Assembly: GCA_014382345.1 (NCBI GenBank)
Contig: JACNJX010000054.1
Location: 94-64,093 of the forward strand
Origin: Alphaproteobacteria bacterium
GTDB taxonomy: Bacteria; Pseudomonadota; Alphaproteobacteria; Rhodospirillales; Casp-alpha2
Reading direction: 5' to 3'
DNA: 64,000 nt
Below, one piece after another: positions 9,844-20,683 of the stretch; within the stretch, counting starts at the first letter, position 1; every line of letters starts with the position of its first letter. The notes beneath the pieces were generated by a model. It made no database searches. It saw only the letters and a program-made list of their open reading frames with translations, and was not told the origin of the DNA. A program made the position numbers and the translations under genes.

Positions 9844-9894
9844 TCCGCCGAATGCTCCGTCTTACACTGATAAGTTTGTTGAAAAAAAGAAGGA

Positions 9895-10485
9895 TTAATT
9901 AAGAAGCTCTTTTTTAATCTGAAGCGCTGTCGCCTGATCTTTTAAAATTTCATCCGTTTCACGGGCATCCTTCAGCCGTGCAAGCCATTTGTTCTCCTTA
10001 ATCGCTAAATAACAGCGCATGCATTCGGCAACCCCCTGGATGATGAACAAACCGCCAGCCAACGGGATCAGGGTTTTAAAGAAATAAATCTGAATACGGG
10101 CCGGGCTATTCCAGCTGACCTCCTTGTAGCGCCAGGAGTCCATGGCGATTTCCCAGCCGTACCACATCAGGGCGGCCATGCCGGGAAAAAAGAAGACGAG
10201 ATATAAGAGTAAGTCAATTCGGGCCTGCCAGCGGACTGGCAGCAGGCGGTAAACCACATCCGCACGGACATGGGTGTCCTGCGCCAGGGCATAAGGCCCG
10301 GCCATCAGGAACAGGGCGCCGTACATCTGAACCATCATGTCGAAAACCCAGACGGTCGGCGCGTTAAGCACGTACCGGACAAAAACCTCATAGGCGACCG
10401 AAAGGGTCAAAATAAGAATACACCAGCCAAAAGCGCGCCCAATCCAGATGCTGAGCTCTTCAATGGCATGAATAATGGATGTCAC
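9895..10485 (-). CDS. TRAP transporter small permease (DctQ family)
   Basis: 196 aa with four hydrophobic segments. It lies between the binding protein and the large permease. Confidence 0.85.
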   Translation of the reverse strand: MTSIIHAIEELSIWIGRAFGWCILILTLSVAYEVFVRYVLNAPTVWVFDMMVQMYGALFLMAGPYALAQDTHVRADVVYRLLPVRWQARIDLLLYLVFFFPGMAALMWYGWEIAMDSWRYKEVSWNSPARIQIYFFKTLIPLAGGLFIIQGVAECMRCYLAIKENKWLARLKDARETDEILKDQATALQIKKELLN

Positions 10486-10612
10486 GTTTCAAATTCTCCC
10501 GACTTTGGGCCTGGTGTGCGGCTGGTGGAGATATTAGAGGGACAGCCTTCCGGCTGTCCCTCCATATCCGTTCAGTCTTGCATATAAATCACGCAAAAAC
10601 CGAGACTTCGGA

Positions 10613-11725
10613 TCAACCGAAGTAGTGCTTGTAAGCCAGGCTGTAATCCGGCTGGTTCAGAAGCAGGTAGTTCATCACCTTCTTGGCATAGTCTTTCTGC
10701 GATTTGACCACCTTGGCGAAGAACGCATCTTCCTTCTCGAGCCGGGCGATAACGACATCCCACGCCGCCAGCTGGTCTTTCATGACCGAGTCAGGCGTAC
10801 GGTAGACGTTGACGCCATGCTTTTCCTTGAGCTTGATCAGGTCGTCGGCATAGCGAAGGGTGTTGTGCCAGTAGAAGTTGGAGTTCTCGGCTTCGGAAGC
10901 GTATTCCAAAATCGACTGAAGTTCCTTCGACAGGGAATTGAATTTCTTCTTGTTGAAGGTGACTTCGAAAGCTTCCTGGGATTGGTGGAAGCTGGCCAGG
11001 TGATAGTGCTTGGAAACGTCCTGCATGCCGAAGTCGCTGTCAGACGTCGGGTTGTTGAACTCGGCGGCATCGATCAGGCCGCTCTTCATGGCAGGCTGAA
11101 TTTCGCCACCCGGAAGCTGAACGACCGACATGCCCATTTCCAGAAGAACGTCAGCAGCCAGACCAACGGTCCGGTACTTCAGGCCCTTCATCTGGGATGA
11201 GCTCTTGATCTGTTCCTTGAACCACCCCAGCGGCTGCGCCGGCATCGGGCTGTTGAAGAAGCTGACCAGGTTCAGGCCTAGGGACCCCATCAATTCATTG
11301 AAGAGGCCCATGCCGCCGCCATAGTGGATCCAGCCGAGCAGTTCCTGCGCCGACCAGCCAAAGCAGGGGCCGGTGCCAAACAGGGACGCCGCTTTCGACT
11401 TGGAATACCAGTACGCCGGCACATAGTGGGCGCCGTCGAGAACGCCACGGTGGACGGCATCCTGCATCTGACTGGTTTTGACAACGGAGTTAACAGACAG
11501 CAGGTCGATCTTCAGGTTCTTGCCGGCCATTTTGTTGACGCGGTCAACATAGCTTTTGGCATTTTCAAGGAAAATACCGCCGCCCCAGGCCGCCTGGACT
11601 TTCAGGGTCGTGGTCTTGGCCATGGACACGTTCGGCATTGCCAAGGTGGCAGCACCGGCACCAGCGGCCACAGCGCCCGTTTTCAAAAACTTCCGGCGCG
11701 AAACTTTAGATTTCTTGGTCGTCAT
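10613..11725 (-). CDS. TRAP transporter substrate-binding protein (Tat signal)
   Basis: Start chosen at MTTKKSKVSRRKFLKTGAVAAGAGAATLAMPNVSMA (twin-arginine signal), preceded by AGGGAGGAA. The ORF-track N-terminal extension to 11905 looks non-coding. Confidence 0.85.
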   Translation of the reverse strand: MTTKKSKVSRRKFLKTGAVAAGAGAATLAMPNVSMAKTTTLKVQAAWGGGIFLENAKSYVDRVNKMAGKNLKIDLLSVNSVVKTSQMQDAVHRGVLDGAHYVPAYWYSKSKAASLFGTGPCFGWSAQELLGWIHYGGGMGLFNELMGSLGLNLVSFFNSPMPAQPLGWFKEQIKSSSQMKGLKYRTVGLAADVLLEMGMSVVQLPGGEIQPAMKSGLIDAAEFNNPTSDSDFGMQDVSKHYHLASFHQSQEAFEVTFNKKKFNSLSKELQSILEYASEAENSNFYWHNTLRYADDLIKLKEKHGVNVYRTPDSVMKDQLAAWDVVIARLEKEDAFFAKVVKSQKDYAKKVMNYLLLNQPDYSLAYKHYFG

Positions 11726-12029
11726 CTTTGATTCCTCCCTTTGGAATTTTCGACTTATAAAAGCGAACAACAAACCCAAGGCAGCAAGGTAAAGCCACAG
11801 CATCGGAGTGTTGTACAAATTTGGGGAAACTGTGAATTTAAACTCACTGTGCCCCGACTCTCCCCAGTTGTCTGCGTCGTGCTGCAAGACAACTCTTACT
11901 GCCAATACTTTTCAGCATCAGCCATCGGATGGCAAGTGAATTTATAAGACAGTACGGCCTTCGAAAAATGGCGGCGCGCACTCTTCTCCCTCTCCCCTTA
12001 ACTCCACACTCTTAATAACAAGCTTACAA

Positions 12030-12107
12030 CAAGGGCCAAAGGCCCGGCCCTTGTTTCACCGAAGGTCCACTCCTTCGGCTCAACGAAGCTTGGCATACCA
12101 TATGCCA
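12030..12107 (-). terminator. three consecutive hairpins downstream of the dehydrogenase gene
   Basis: Stems are CAAGGGCC/GGCCCTTG (12030-12053), CCGAAGG/CCTTCGG (12059-12078) and TGGCATA/TATGCCA (12091-12107). On the minus strand the first is followed by a T-rich run. Confidence 0.4.
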
Positions 12108-12167
12108 TATCGCAACTGGCTAATGCGACGGTATGCAGGCCTTTGATTTAAGGGATAAATAATAGCC

Positions 12168-13133
12168 TTAAGCGACCCGGTCGCCCGGCTCGTCACCCTT
12201 GAAATAGGCATCCAGATTGTCGAGCGCCCGAAAGCCCATGGCGTCGCGGGTCTCGATTGTGGCGCTGCCTATGTGGGGCATCAAGAAGGTGTTGGGAAGT
12301 TCGGCAAAGCGCGCATCGATGTTTGGCTCGTTGTTGTAGGCGTCAATGCCTGCGGCCCACAGCTTGCCGGATTGAAGCGCTCCGATCAGGGCGTCGTCGT
12401 CGTGAATGGCGCCCCGTGCCGCGTTTACGTATATGGCCCCGTCGGGAAGCAGACTGAAGCGCTCGGCATTCATCAATCCCGTCGTTTCCGGCGTCGCGTT
12501 GCAATGAATGGAGATGAAATCGCAAAGGGGCAGCATGTCTTCCAGGGTCTCGTGAAAAATGGCGCCTTCTTCCATTTCCGGCGGCAGACGGCGGACATCG
12601 TGATAGTGAATTTCCATGTCGAAACCCCGGGCGCGCTTTGCCGTAACTTGGCCGACACGGCCCATGCCGAGAATTCCCAAACGCTTGCCCGTCACATCGA
12701 CACCGACCATGAATGCCGGGCTCCAATCTTTCCACGACCGGGTTCTGACCAGTTTTTCACCTTCGCTGGCGCGCCGGGCGGCACCGATCATCAACATCAT
12801 GGTCAACTCGGCGGTGGCGTTCGACAGAACGTCGGGCGTGTTGGTCACGACCAGGCCGCGCTTCTTGGCCGCGCCGATATCCACATGGTCGAAGCCGACG
12901 GAAAAATTGGCGATGATCTTGATTTCTTCGGGTAGGCGTTCGATGACGTCGGCGGTAAAATGTTCCGTGTGGCAAGGGAGTATCCCTTGGGCGCCTGTGG
13001 CGCGTTCGATGATTTCGTCCTTGGAATAAAGGACATCTTCGGGATTAAGCCGAGGTTCGTAATCCCGGCTTAGCCGGGCCTCAACCGCCTCGGGCAGTTT
13101 TCGGGTAACTAGAATAACGGGTTTGTCGCTCAT
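12168..13133 (-). CDS. D-isomer-specific 2-hydroxyacid dehydrogenase (glyoxylate/hydroxypyruvate reductase-like)
   Basis: 321 aa with NAD-binding GILGMGRVG and catalytic-region motifs (ARG..., PHIGSAT). Confidence 0.85.
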   Translation of the reverse strand: MSDKPVILVTRKLPEAVEARLSRDYEPRLNPEDVLYSKDEIIERATGAQGILPCHTEHFTADVIERLPEEIKIIANFSVGFDHVDIGAAKKRGLVVTNTPDVLSNATAELTMMLMIGAARRASEGEKLVRTRSWKDWSPAFMVGVDVTGKRLGILGMGRVGQVTAKRARGFDMEIHYHDVRRLPPEMEEGAIFHETLEDMLPLCDFISIHCNATPETTGLMNAERFSLLPDGAIYVNAARGAIHDDDALIGALQSGKLWAAGIDAYNNEPNIDARFAELPNTFLMPHIGSATIETRDAMGFRALDNLDAYFKGDEPGDRVA

Positions 13134-13403
13134 GGATGGGAAACTCCTGGGGATGGGTTTTATGTATTGGTTTTAGGGGTTGTAGCACATCCTCGAAGGG
13201 TTTCGAAAACCCCTTTAATTCGCTCTGTTGCAGTGCAAAAGAACTCCGGTGTTTTGCGTTACCTCGCCTTGTTTTTATCTTTGTTCGCAGTTGCACAAGA
13301 TTATTGACTCTTCCTGGTGCTATGGGGGACAGTGACCATCAATAAATTATAAAATTTCCGAATAACCGGTCCGATTGGCCGGGACAATACCGAGGAGACA
13401 TTT

Positions 13404-14384
13404 ATGAGTTTTACCATTGTCGAGCAATGCACGGCCCGCCTCAATCGCTCCGAATTGGCGGTTCCGGGCTCAAACCCGACATTCCTGGAAAAGGCCGCCA
13501 GCAGCCCCGCCGACGTGATTTTTCTGGATTTGGAAGACGCAGTGGCGCCGGACGACAAGGTGCCGGCGCGCAAGAATATCATCGAGGCCCTGAATGACCT
13601 GGATTGGGGCGGACGGACCATGTCGATCCGGATCAATGGTCTCGATACTCATTATATGTACCGCGATGTCGTCGATATTATTGAACAGGCCGGGCAGCAT
13701 CTTGACCTGATCATGATTCCCAAGGCGGGGACGGCGGCCGATATTTACGCGCTGGACATGCTGGTGACCCAGATCGAAGACAACATGAAACTGGAAAAGC
13801 GTATCGGTTTCGAGATGATTATCGAAACGGCGCTCGGCATGGCCAACGTTGACGAAATCGCCGGGGCGTCGAAACGAAATGAGTCGCTGCATTTCGGGGT
13901 TGCCGATTATGCCGCATCGACAAAGGCGCGGACCACGGTTATCGGCGGTCCCAACAAGGACTACCATGTCCTCACCGATCCGGACGAGAACGGCAATCGC
14001 GATGTCCATTGGGGCGATATGTGGCATTATCCGGTATCTAAAATGGTCATAGCCGCACGCAAGTACGGGCTTCGTCCCATCGATGGCCCATTCGGCGATT
14101 TTTCTGACACCGATGGTTACGCGGCGCAGGCCAATAGGTCCGCAACGCTGGGCTGTGAAGGCAAATGGGCGATCCATCCGAGCCAGGTCGAGCTGGCCAA
14201 CGACCTGTTCAGCCCCAGCGAGGAAGACGTTACCAAGGCGCAGCGTATTATCGAAGCCATGGAACAGGCTCAGAAGGAAGGCAAGGGCGCGGTCGCGCTG
14301 GATGGCCGCCTGATCGATATCGCCTCCATCAAGCAGGCCGAAGTGATGGTTCAGAAGGCCGAGCAAATCAAAGCCGCAGGCTAG
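13404..14384 (+). CDS. mcl: HpcH/HpaI / CitE-like lyase, most like L-malyl-CoA/beta-methylmalyl-CoA lyase
   Basis: 326 aa. The N-terminus RLNRSELAVPGSNP...FLDLEDAVAPDDK and the overall length and pattern match malyl-CoA lyases as I remember them. The gene is divergent from a glyoxylate-reductase-like gene. Confidence 0.75.
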   Translation: MSFTIVEQCTARLNRSELAVPGSNPTFLEKAASSPADVIFLDLEDAVAPDDKVPARKNIIEALNDLDWGGRTMSIRINGLDTHYMYRDVVDIIEQAGQHLDLIMIPKAGTAADIYALDMLVTQIEDNMKLEKRIGFEMIIETALGMANVDEIAGASKRNESLHFGVADYAASTKARTTVIGGPNKDYHVLTDPDENGNRDVHWGDMWHYPVSKMVIAARKYGLRPIDGPFGDFSDTDGYAAQANRSATLGCEGKWAIHPSQVELANDLFSPSEEDVTKAQRIIEAMEQAQKEGKGAVALDGRLIDIASIKQAEVMVQKAEQIKAAG

Positions 14385-14486
14385 AAATTTTTCCCGAACA
14401 GGTTGCGTATAAAGTCACAGGGGCGGTTGGAATTTTCCTGCCGCCCTTTGCTTTTGTACCCGTTCATACTGTGTTACAGAAGCGCC

Positions 14487-15443
14487 ATGCATAATTATCT
14501 CGAATTCGAAAAACCCATCGCGGAACTGGAAGGCAAGATCGAGGAGCTCAGGCACCTGACCGGGTCCGGCGATGTCAACATCGCCGATGAAGTCTCCCGC
14601 CTTCAGGACAAGGTCGATAAGCTTCTGGTTCAGGTCTACACCAAGCTGACTCCGTGGCAGAAAACGCAAGTGGCGCGCCATCATGACCGCCCGCATACGG
14701 TCGATTATATCGCTGGCCTGATCGAGGATTTCACGCCGCTTGCCGGCGACAGGCAGTTTGCCGAAGACCCGGCTATCGTCGGCGGGCTGGGGCGTTTTCG
14801 GGGCGCATCGGTCGTCGTCATCGGAAACGAGAAGGGCTCTGGGACGGACGGCCGCCTTAGGCACAATTTCGGCATGGCCCGGCCGGAAGGTTACCGCAAG
14901 GCACAGCGTCTAATGAAAATGGCGGACAGCTTCAACCTGCCGGTAATAACCCTGGTCGATACGCCTGGCGCCTATCCCGGTGTCGATGCCGAGGCGCGCG
15001 GACAGGCCGAAGCCATCGCGCGCAGCATTGAAACCTGCATCGCTCTCAAGGTTCCAATGATCAGCGTCATCGTCGGCGAGGGCGGCTCCGGCGGCGCCAT
15101 GGCTTTGGCTGCCGCCAATAAGGTTCTGATGCAGGAACACGCGGTCTATTCGGTGATATCCCCGGAGGGCTGTGCGTCGATTTTGTGGCGCGACGGCGAA
15201 CGTGCCGAAGAAGCCGCGGAAGCCCTGAAGCTTACGGCGGAGAACCTTTTGGAACTGGGCGTGATCGATACGATCATTCCCGAACCCTTAGGCGGTGCAC
15301 ACCGGACACCCAAGGCGGCCATCGACTCCGTCGGCAGTGCGATCGAAGACGCGCTGGCAAGTCTTGCCGGGCTGGACGGCGGTGTTTTGAAAACCAAACG
15401 CCGCGAGAAGTTCCTGGAAATGGGCTCCAAAGGTCTTAGCTGA
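14487..15443 (+). CDS. accA: acetyl-CoA carboxylase carboxyltransferase subunit alpha
   Basis: Start at [22 protein letters not shown]. Also contains [14 protein letters not shown] and [10 protein letters not shown]-type motifs. Confidence 0.95.
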   Translation: MHNYLEFEKPIAELEGKIEELRHLTGSGDVNIADEVSRLQDKVDKLLVQVYTKLTPWQKTQVARHHDRPHTVDYIAGLIEDFTPLAGDRQFAEDPAIVGGLGRFRGASVVVIGNEKGSGTDGRLRHNFGMARPEGYRKAQRLMKMADSFNLPVITLVDTPGAYPGVDAEARGQAEAIARSIETCIALKVPMISVIVGEGGSGGAMALAAANKVLMQEHAVYSVISPEGCASILWRDGERAEEAAEALKLTAENLLELGVIDTIIPEPLGGAHRTPKAAIDSVGSAIEDALASLAGLDGGVLKTKRREKFLEMGSKGLS

Positions 15444-15446
15444 CGA

Positions 15447-16325
15447 TTATCGTCCCCAGGGCGAACCGCCTTTAAGAAACGCATACGCCGCCTTTGCTTT
15501 TGCGACGTTGGTCAGGAATTTTTTAGGCCTGAGCGTCAGGAACCCTATCAGCGCTTCGCCGCAGCAACGCCGGACGGCGGCACGGGCGATGCGCTCGGCT
15601 TCTTCGGCGCCGGCGTATTTTCTCTCGTAGTTCAAATGCCCCCACATCATGTTTCTGTCGCGGCGGATGCGGCTTTTCAGGGTCATTTCCTCGGAATGGC
15701 CGCCGAAATGATCGCCCAGCGCCGCCGGCTCGACGATCAGGGGATAGCCCTTCTGCATGGCCCGCACGCTGAGGTCGGTATCTTCATTATAAAGAAAGAT
15801 AGTCTCATCGAAGCCGCCGATATCGCGGAACGCTTCCAGCCGCCACAGAACCACGGCGCCGGTCAGGAACCAGGTGCAAAACGGACCGTCCGGCGGCACG
15901 GCGATGGCGTGGTGGTGGCGCTCCCAGGCCCCCATGACGCTCAAGTCCACGTCGCCGTTGGCATTGGTCAGCAGCGGGGCGATTCCGGCGGCATTGGGGT
16001 TGGCGTCGGCCGTCCGGACCAGTTGTTCGATGCAGCCGTCCGGCATCCGTGTGTCGGGATTGATGTTGAGCACGTATTCGGTTTCGGCCAGTGCGAAGCC
16101 CTTGTTGGTGGCTTGGCCCAGGCCCCGGTCCTCGGTCAGGGACAAAACCTCAACGCCCGGGCGGCAAGCTTGAGCGACGGCGACGGTGTTGTCGGTGCTC
16201 ATGGCGTCGAGCAGGATGATGCGCTTGGCGCGCGCCAGCGAGCCCAGCGACGACGGCAGGATGGCTTCGGAATTTCGGGTGACCAGGACGACGGTGATGC
16301 GGTCCCAGGGATCGGGCTCAGTCAT
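15447..16325 (-). CDS. family-2 glycosyltransferase
   Basis: Start chosen at MTEPDPWDRITVVLVTRNSEAIL... (ATG 16325). Contains LDAMSTDNT and a DxD-like NEDTDL. The 526-aa ORF-track version adds antisense read-through of the neighbouring gene. Confidence 0.8.
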   Translation of the reverse strand: MTEPDPWDRITVVLVTRNSEAILPSSLGSLARAKRIILLDAMSTDNTVAVAQACRPGVEVLSLTEDRGLGQATNKGFALAETEYVLNINPDTRMPDGCIEQLVRTADANPNAAGIAPLLTNANGDVDLSVMGAWERHHHAIAVPPDGPFCTWFLTGAVVLWRLEAFRDIGGFDETIFLYNEDTDLSVRAMQKGYPLIVEPAALGDHFGGHSEEMTLKSRIRRDRNMMWGHLNYERKYAGAEEAERIARAAVRRCCGEALIGFLTLRPKKFLTNVAKAKAAYAFLKGGSPWGR

Positions 16326-16409
16326 GGGGCGATCATACAACACGGACTCTTGCAGTCCAACGTTCCGCTTGCCCCTTGAGGCGGCCGGAAAAATATCGGA
16401 TACAAGGGT

Positions 16410-17120
16410 ATGGCCTACGACACTCCCGAGGATTTCTACAACGTCTACGCCACCTTCAAGCGTTACGAAGTGCCGGTGGTGAAGGCGAAACACATGCGCT
16501 GGTACGACCGCGAATTCTGGACGCCGGCCCACTGCACGACGGATACGGCGGTGCTTGAACTGGGCTCGGGTACGGGCGAATTCCTGTCCTACCTGAACCG
16601 CAAGGGCGTCACTCGTTTCCAGGGCGTCGAGCAAGATGCCAATGCCGTCGGCGTCATGGAGGAGGGCCTTAAGGACCGCGTCTTCACCGGCGATATCTGG
16701 GATTTTCTGGCTCGGGAAAATCCCGAAGGAAAATTCGACTGCGTCGTCATGCTCGACGTGTTGGAGCATTTCTCCGCCGGTGACGGGGTCCGGCTTCTGA
16801 ACGCCATCAAGGCCGTTCTGTCCCCCGGTGGCCGGGTCGTCGTGCGTGTCCCCAATATGTCTTCGCCGTGGGGCGGCATCCACCAGTTCGCCGATCTCAC
16901 CCACAAGACCGCCTTTACGCCCAATAGCCTGGAACAGTTGGGCCAGGCGGCGGGCTACCGGTCGACGGCCTATTTGCCGCAGCGCCGGGGCAGCCCGTTT
17001 AGGCGGATCGCCGAAGACGCGTTGCACTGGGTGTTGTCGAAAACCCTCGCCGTGACCCCGGTGGTGTGGACGCCCAACATGATCGCCGTGCTGGAACCGG
17101 AAGAGACCCCCGAAATCTAA
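16410..17120 (+). CDS. class I SAM-dependent methyltransferase
   Basis: Motif [12 protein letters not shown] and a VMLDVLEH motif. Divergent from the GT2 gene with an 84-bp spacer. Confidence 0.8.
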   Translation: MAYDTPEDFYNVYATFKRYEVPVVKAKHMRWYDREFWTPAHCTTDTAVLELGSGTGEFLSYLNRKGVTRFQGVEQDANAVGVMEEGLKDRVFTGDIWDFLARENPEGKFDCVVMLDVLEHFSAGDGVRLLNAIKAVLSPGGRVVVRVPNMSSPWGGIHQFADLTHKTAFTPNSLEQLGQAAGYRSTAYLPQRRGSPFRRIAEDALHWVLSKTLAVTPVVWTPNMIAVLEPEETPEI

Positions 17121-19885
17121 ACCTTGCCGTGGCAGTGCTTGTATTTGCGTCCTGAGTTACACGGGCAGGCCGCATTGCGAGCCACCCGGCCCCATGTCGC
17201 GGGGTCGTCGGGGTTGACCGTGTCCGCCGCCTGGCGGCTGGTCACCTGGGCCACTCGTTCGGTGCCGGCCAGTTCCCCTTCGCCAAACACGCTATCGAAG
17301 TCCTCATCGTCCTCGCCGGCAAAAAAGGCCTCGCCGGTGAAGGCGGGGTCTTGGCGGGTTTCCACCATTTCCTGCTCGGGGCGGCTGAACAGGGCCTCGT
17401 CGAGACCTTCCACTTCCATCTCGACGTGCGACAGCACCTGCGTCACCCGTTCGCGCAGCATGGTCAGCATTTCCTCGAACAGGTTGAAGGCTTCGCGTTT
17501 GTATTCGTTCAACGGGTCGCGCTGGGCGTAGGCGCGCAGCCCGATGCCCTGGCGTAGATGGTCCAGCGTGAGCAAATGGTCTTTCCAGAGCTGATCGAGC
17601 AACTGCAACAGCAGGCTTTTTTCCACCTCGCGCATGATCTCGGCTCCGTAGGTGTCGGCCTTGGCGGTCATGCGCTCGTCGATGGCCTTTGCAATGCGCT
17701 CGTGAATTTCCGCATCCGCGATGCCTTCTTCCTTGGCCCAGTCGGCGACCGGCATGTCGAGGGCAAAAATGCGCAGCACTTCTTCGTGCAGCCTGTCCAC
17801 GTTCCACTGTTCGGCATAGGCCTTTTCGGGGATGCAGTCGGCGATCAGGTCGTCGAGCACCTGTTCGCGCATCCCGGCGACATCATCCGAGACGTCTTCG
17901 ACGGACATCAGTTCCTTGCGCTGTTCATAGATGACCTTGCGCTGGTCGTTCATCACGTCGTCGAACTTCAACAGGTTCTTGCGGATTTCGAAGTTACGCG
18001 CCTCGACCTTCTGCTGGGCTTTTTCCAGCGCCTTGTTGACCCACGGATGGATGATGGCCTCGCCGTCCTCCAACCCCAGCTTCTGCAACATGCTGTCGAT
18101 GCGCTCGGAGCCGAAAATCCGCATCAGGTCGTCTTCCAGCGACAGGAAGAAGTTCGATGCCCCCGGATCGCCCTGGCGTCCGGAGCGGCCGCGAAGCTGG
18201 TTGTCGATGCGCCGGCTTTCGTGGCGCTCGGTGCCGATCACCATCAGCCCGCCGGCCTCCAGCACGGTCTTCCTGTACTCCGCCACTTCTTCGCGAATGC
18301 GGCGCACGTTATTGTCGTAGGCTTCGGAGCCTTCCTTGTCCTTGACCTCGTTACTGATCCGCATATCCACATTGCCGCCCAACTGAATGTCGGTGCCGCG
18401 ACCGGCCATGTTGGTGGCGATGGTGACGGCGCCCGGCGCACCGGCCTGGGAAATAATCACGGCTTCCTGTTCGTGGTAGCGCGCGTTCAGGACGTTGTGG
18501 GTGATCTTGTTCTTTTTCAGAAGGTCGGCCAGATGTTCCGACTTCTCGATGCTGACCGTGCCGACCAGCACCGGCTGGTTTCGCGCCTGGCACTCGCCGA
18601 TCAGCTTGATGATGGCGGTGTCCTTCTCCGCCATGGTGCGGTAGACCTCGTCGTCGTTATCCAGGCGCTGGCACGGCACGTTGGTCGGGATGTCGATGAC
18701 GTCCAGACCGTAGATCTCGGCGAATTCGCCGGCCTCGGTCATCGCCGTGCCGGTCATGCCGGCCAGCTTCGGATACATGCGGAAAAAGTTCTGGAACGTG
18801 ATCGACGCCAGGGTCTGGTTTTCGACCTGCACTTCGACCTTTTCCTTGGCTTCCAGGGCCTGGTGCAGGCCTTCGGAATAGCGCCGCCCGTCCATCATGC
18901 GTCCGGTAAATTCGTCGATGATGATGACCTTGTTGTCCTTGACGATGTAGTCCGTATCGCGCTGAAACAGCGTGTGCGCGCGCAGCGCCTGGTTGGCGTG
19001 ATGCACCAGCGACACGTTGTTCAGGTCATACAGGTTGCCTTCAGTGATCTGGCCGGAATCTTTCAGCATCTGTTCCAGCTTTTCCGTGCCGGCCTCGGTC
19101 AGGGTCACGGCGCGGGACTTCTCGTCTTTCTCGTAATCGTCCTCGGTCAGCTTCGGAATCAGCTTGTCGATGACGTCATAAAGGTCGGACACGTCTTCCG
19201 TCGGGCCGGAGATAATCAGCGGCGTACGCGCCTCGTCGACCAGAATGGAATCGACCTCATCGACGATGGCGAAGGCGAACGGGCGCTGCGCCATGTCTTC
19301 GAGGGAAAACTTCATGTTGTCGCGCAGATAGTCGAAGCCGAGTTCGTTGTTGGTGGCGTAGGTAATGTCGGCGGCGTAGGCCTCCTTGCGCAGCATGTCG
19401 TCCATGTCGTTGGTGATGACGCCGACGCTGACGCCGAGAAGATTAAAGATGCCGCCCATCCACTTGGCGTCGCGTTCGGCCAGATAGTCGTTGACGGTGA
19501 CCACATGGACGCCGTCGCCGCTCAGCGCGTTGAGGTAGACCGGCATGGTGGAAACCAGGGTCTTGCCTTCACCGGTGCGCATCTCGGCGATCATGCCGCG
19601 ATGCAGGATTATGCCGCCCAGCAACTGCACGTCGAAGGGACGCTCGCCCAACACCCGTTTCGCGGCTTCGCGCACGGTGGCGAAGGCGTCGACCAGCAGG
19701 TCATCCAGGCTTTCGCCTTTGCCCAGGCGGTCTTTCAGCCACGGCGTGCGGGCGGCAAGATCGGCGTCGCTCAAGGCTTCGAGCGAAGACTCCAGCGCAT
19801 TGATGGCCTGGACGTCCTTGTCCAGTTTTTTGAGATAACGCTCGTTGGCGGAGCCAAACAGACGCTTGGCGATGGCTTCCAACAT
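17117..19885 (-). CDS. secA: preprotein translocase ATPase SecA
   Basis: 922 aa with MRTGEGKT Walker A, the DEAD-like motif [20 protein letters not shown], and the C-terminal zinc motif [14 protein letters not shown]. Confidence 0.97.
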   Translation of the reverse strand: MLEAIAKRLFGSANERYLKKLDKDVQAINALESSLEALSDADLAARTPWLKDRLGKGESLDDLLVDAFATVREAAKRVLGERPFDVQLLGGIILHRGMIAEMRTGEGKTLVSTMPVYLNALSGDGVHVVTVNDYLAERDAKWMGGIFNLLGVSVGVITNDMDDMLRKEAYAADITYATNNELGFDYLRDNMKFSLEDMAQRPFAFAIVDEVDSILVDEARTPLIISGPTEDVSDLYDVIDKLIPKLTEDDYEKDEKSRAVTLTEAGTEKLEQMLKDSGQITEGNLYDLNNVSLVHHANQALRAHTLFQRDTDYIVKDNKVIIIDEFTGRMMDGRRYSEGLHQALEAKEKVEVQVENQTLASITFQNFFRMYPKLAGMTGTAMTEAGEFAEIYGLDVIDIPTNVPCQRLDNDDEVYRTMAEKDTAIIKLIGECQARNQPVLVGTVSIEKSEHLADLLKKNKITHNVLNARYHEQEAVIISQAGAPGAVTIATNMAGRGTDIQLGGNVDMRISNEVKDKEGSEAYDNNVRRIREEVAEYRKTVLEAGGLMVIGTERHESRRIDNQLRGRSGRQGDPGASNFFLSLEDDLMRIFGSERIDSMLQKLGLEDGEAIIHPWVNKALEKAQQKVEARNFEIRKNLLKFDDVMNDQRKVIYEQRKELMSVEDVSDDVAGMREQVLDDLIADCIPEKAYAEQWNVDRLHEEVLRIFALDMPVADWAKEEGIADAEIHERIAKAIDERMTAKADTYGAEIMREVEKSLLLQLLDQLWKDHLLTLDHLRQGIGLRAYAQRDPLNEYKREAFNLFEEMLTMLRERVTQVLSHVEMEVEGLDEALFSRPEQEMVETRQDPAFTGEAFFAGEDDEDFDSVFGEGELAGTERVAQVTSRQAADTVNPDDPATWGRVARNAACPCNSGRKYKHCHGKV

Positions 19886-19948
19886 TCAGTTGCACCCTGG
19901 AAATAAGATAAGAAAACGGCCGGCGGCTGATGGATTTTGCTTGTTGTC

Positions 19949-20137
19949 CTAGCCGGTGAAAAAGTCCGCAAAAGAGATAGAGTCCCATTCCGCCTGTGTC
20001 AATGCAGGGAAGGGTTTCAAGGGCATCACTCCTAAGTGAGGGCAGGGGCCGCCCGGGCGGATAAAATCCGGGCGCCATCCCTGCTTCGTCAAAAAGTCGT
20101 CCGGAAATCGTCGAAAACTCATCATTCCATCATCCAT
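19949..20137 (-). CDS. hypothetical 62-aa ORF (uncertain)
   Basis: This is the only ORF in the long secA-pat spacer and I recognise no family. Its 5' end is duplicated 109 bp upstream. Confidence 0.2.
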   Translation of the reverse strand: MDDGMMSFRRFPDDFLTKQGWRPDFIRPGGPCPHLGVMPLKPFPALTQAEWDSISFADFFTG

Positions 20138-20235
20138 ATATCGTCCTAAACTCGTTATTTTTTCGGCCCTGACCGGACTTAACAGCTTGAATTCATTGAT
20201 AACACCTTCGAAATAGCGCGTGAAAACTCATCATT
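20113..20235. repeat. exact 14-nt direct repeat GAAAACTCATCATT (20113-20126 and 20222-20235) within about 25-nt imperfect copies
   Basis: Read directly: cgtcGAAAACTCATCATTccatcatcc versus gcgtGAAAACTCATCATTtttcatcattt. On the minus strand both copies contain ATGATGAGTTTTC. Confidence 0.8.
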
Positions 20236-20683
20236 TTTCATCATTTAGCTGAAAAACGCCCGGAAGCGAAGTCCTTATCGGCGCGCGCGCCAGTCTTAAA
20301 AGCAGGGACCGGAACAGAGGTGGAAAGGGCATTGGTAGCGTTTATAATTCCTAATAAAATAATTAAAAGGTATTAAATCATTTTTTGCGCAGTTAGTAAA
20401 GAACAAAAAATGAACGAGTAACGGGCCGACCTTTTTGATCTTAAACGTGTTTGTCCATTCTCCAGACCTGTGCTCCCGCGCAGCCGTGAACCCGCCGGCT
20501 CGGGCCTGGGCTTGGCCCCGGTGCGGTCGATTGATTGCGGCCAAAGCGGGTCGGCGCGTGCGTCAACCGGCGGGATAGTGGCCGCCGGCCGAGGTTTATC
20601 TTCCATGATGGGGCCGTGACGCATAGAATTCGTACATAGGCAGCCGGCACCAGCCCTTCTACCAGGGACCACGAAACCACCAA

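Noticed and set aside
16326-17027. N-terminal 234-aa extension of the glycosyltransferase ORF (ORF track 15447-17027).
   Set aside because: The extension is antisense read-through of the methyltransferase gene. The GT2 domain begins right after the internal ATG at 16325 (MTEPDPWDRITVVLVTRN).
17558-19906. 782-aa ORF on the plus strand, antisense to secA. Similar long mirror ORFs occur at 62050-63309 (419 aa, exactly as long as aorC), 53199-54551, 35218-36504, 27800-28990, 21245-22309, 13470-14366, 55260-56432 and 47778-48749.
   Set aside because: Each lies fully antisense to a gene with unmistakable family motifs. Their translations are the Val/Asp/Gly/His/Arg-rich low-information sequence typical of stop-poor antisense frames in high-GC DNA. 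None has a recognisable motif or ribosome-binding site.
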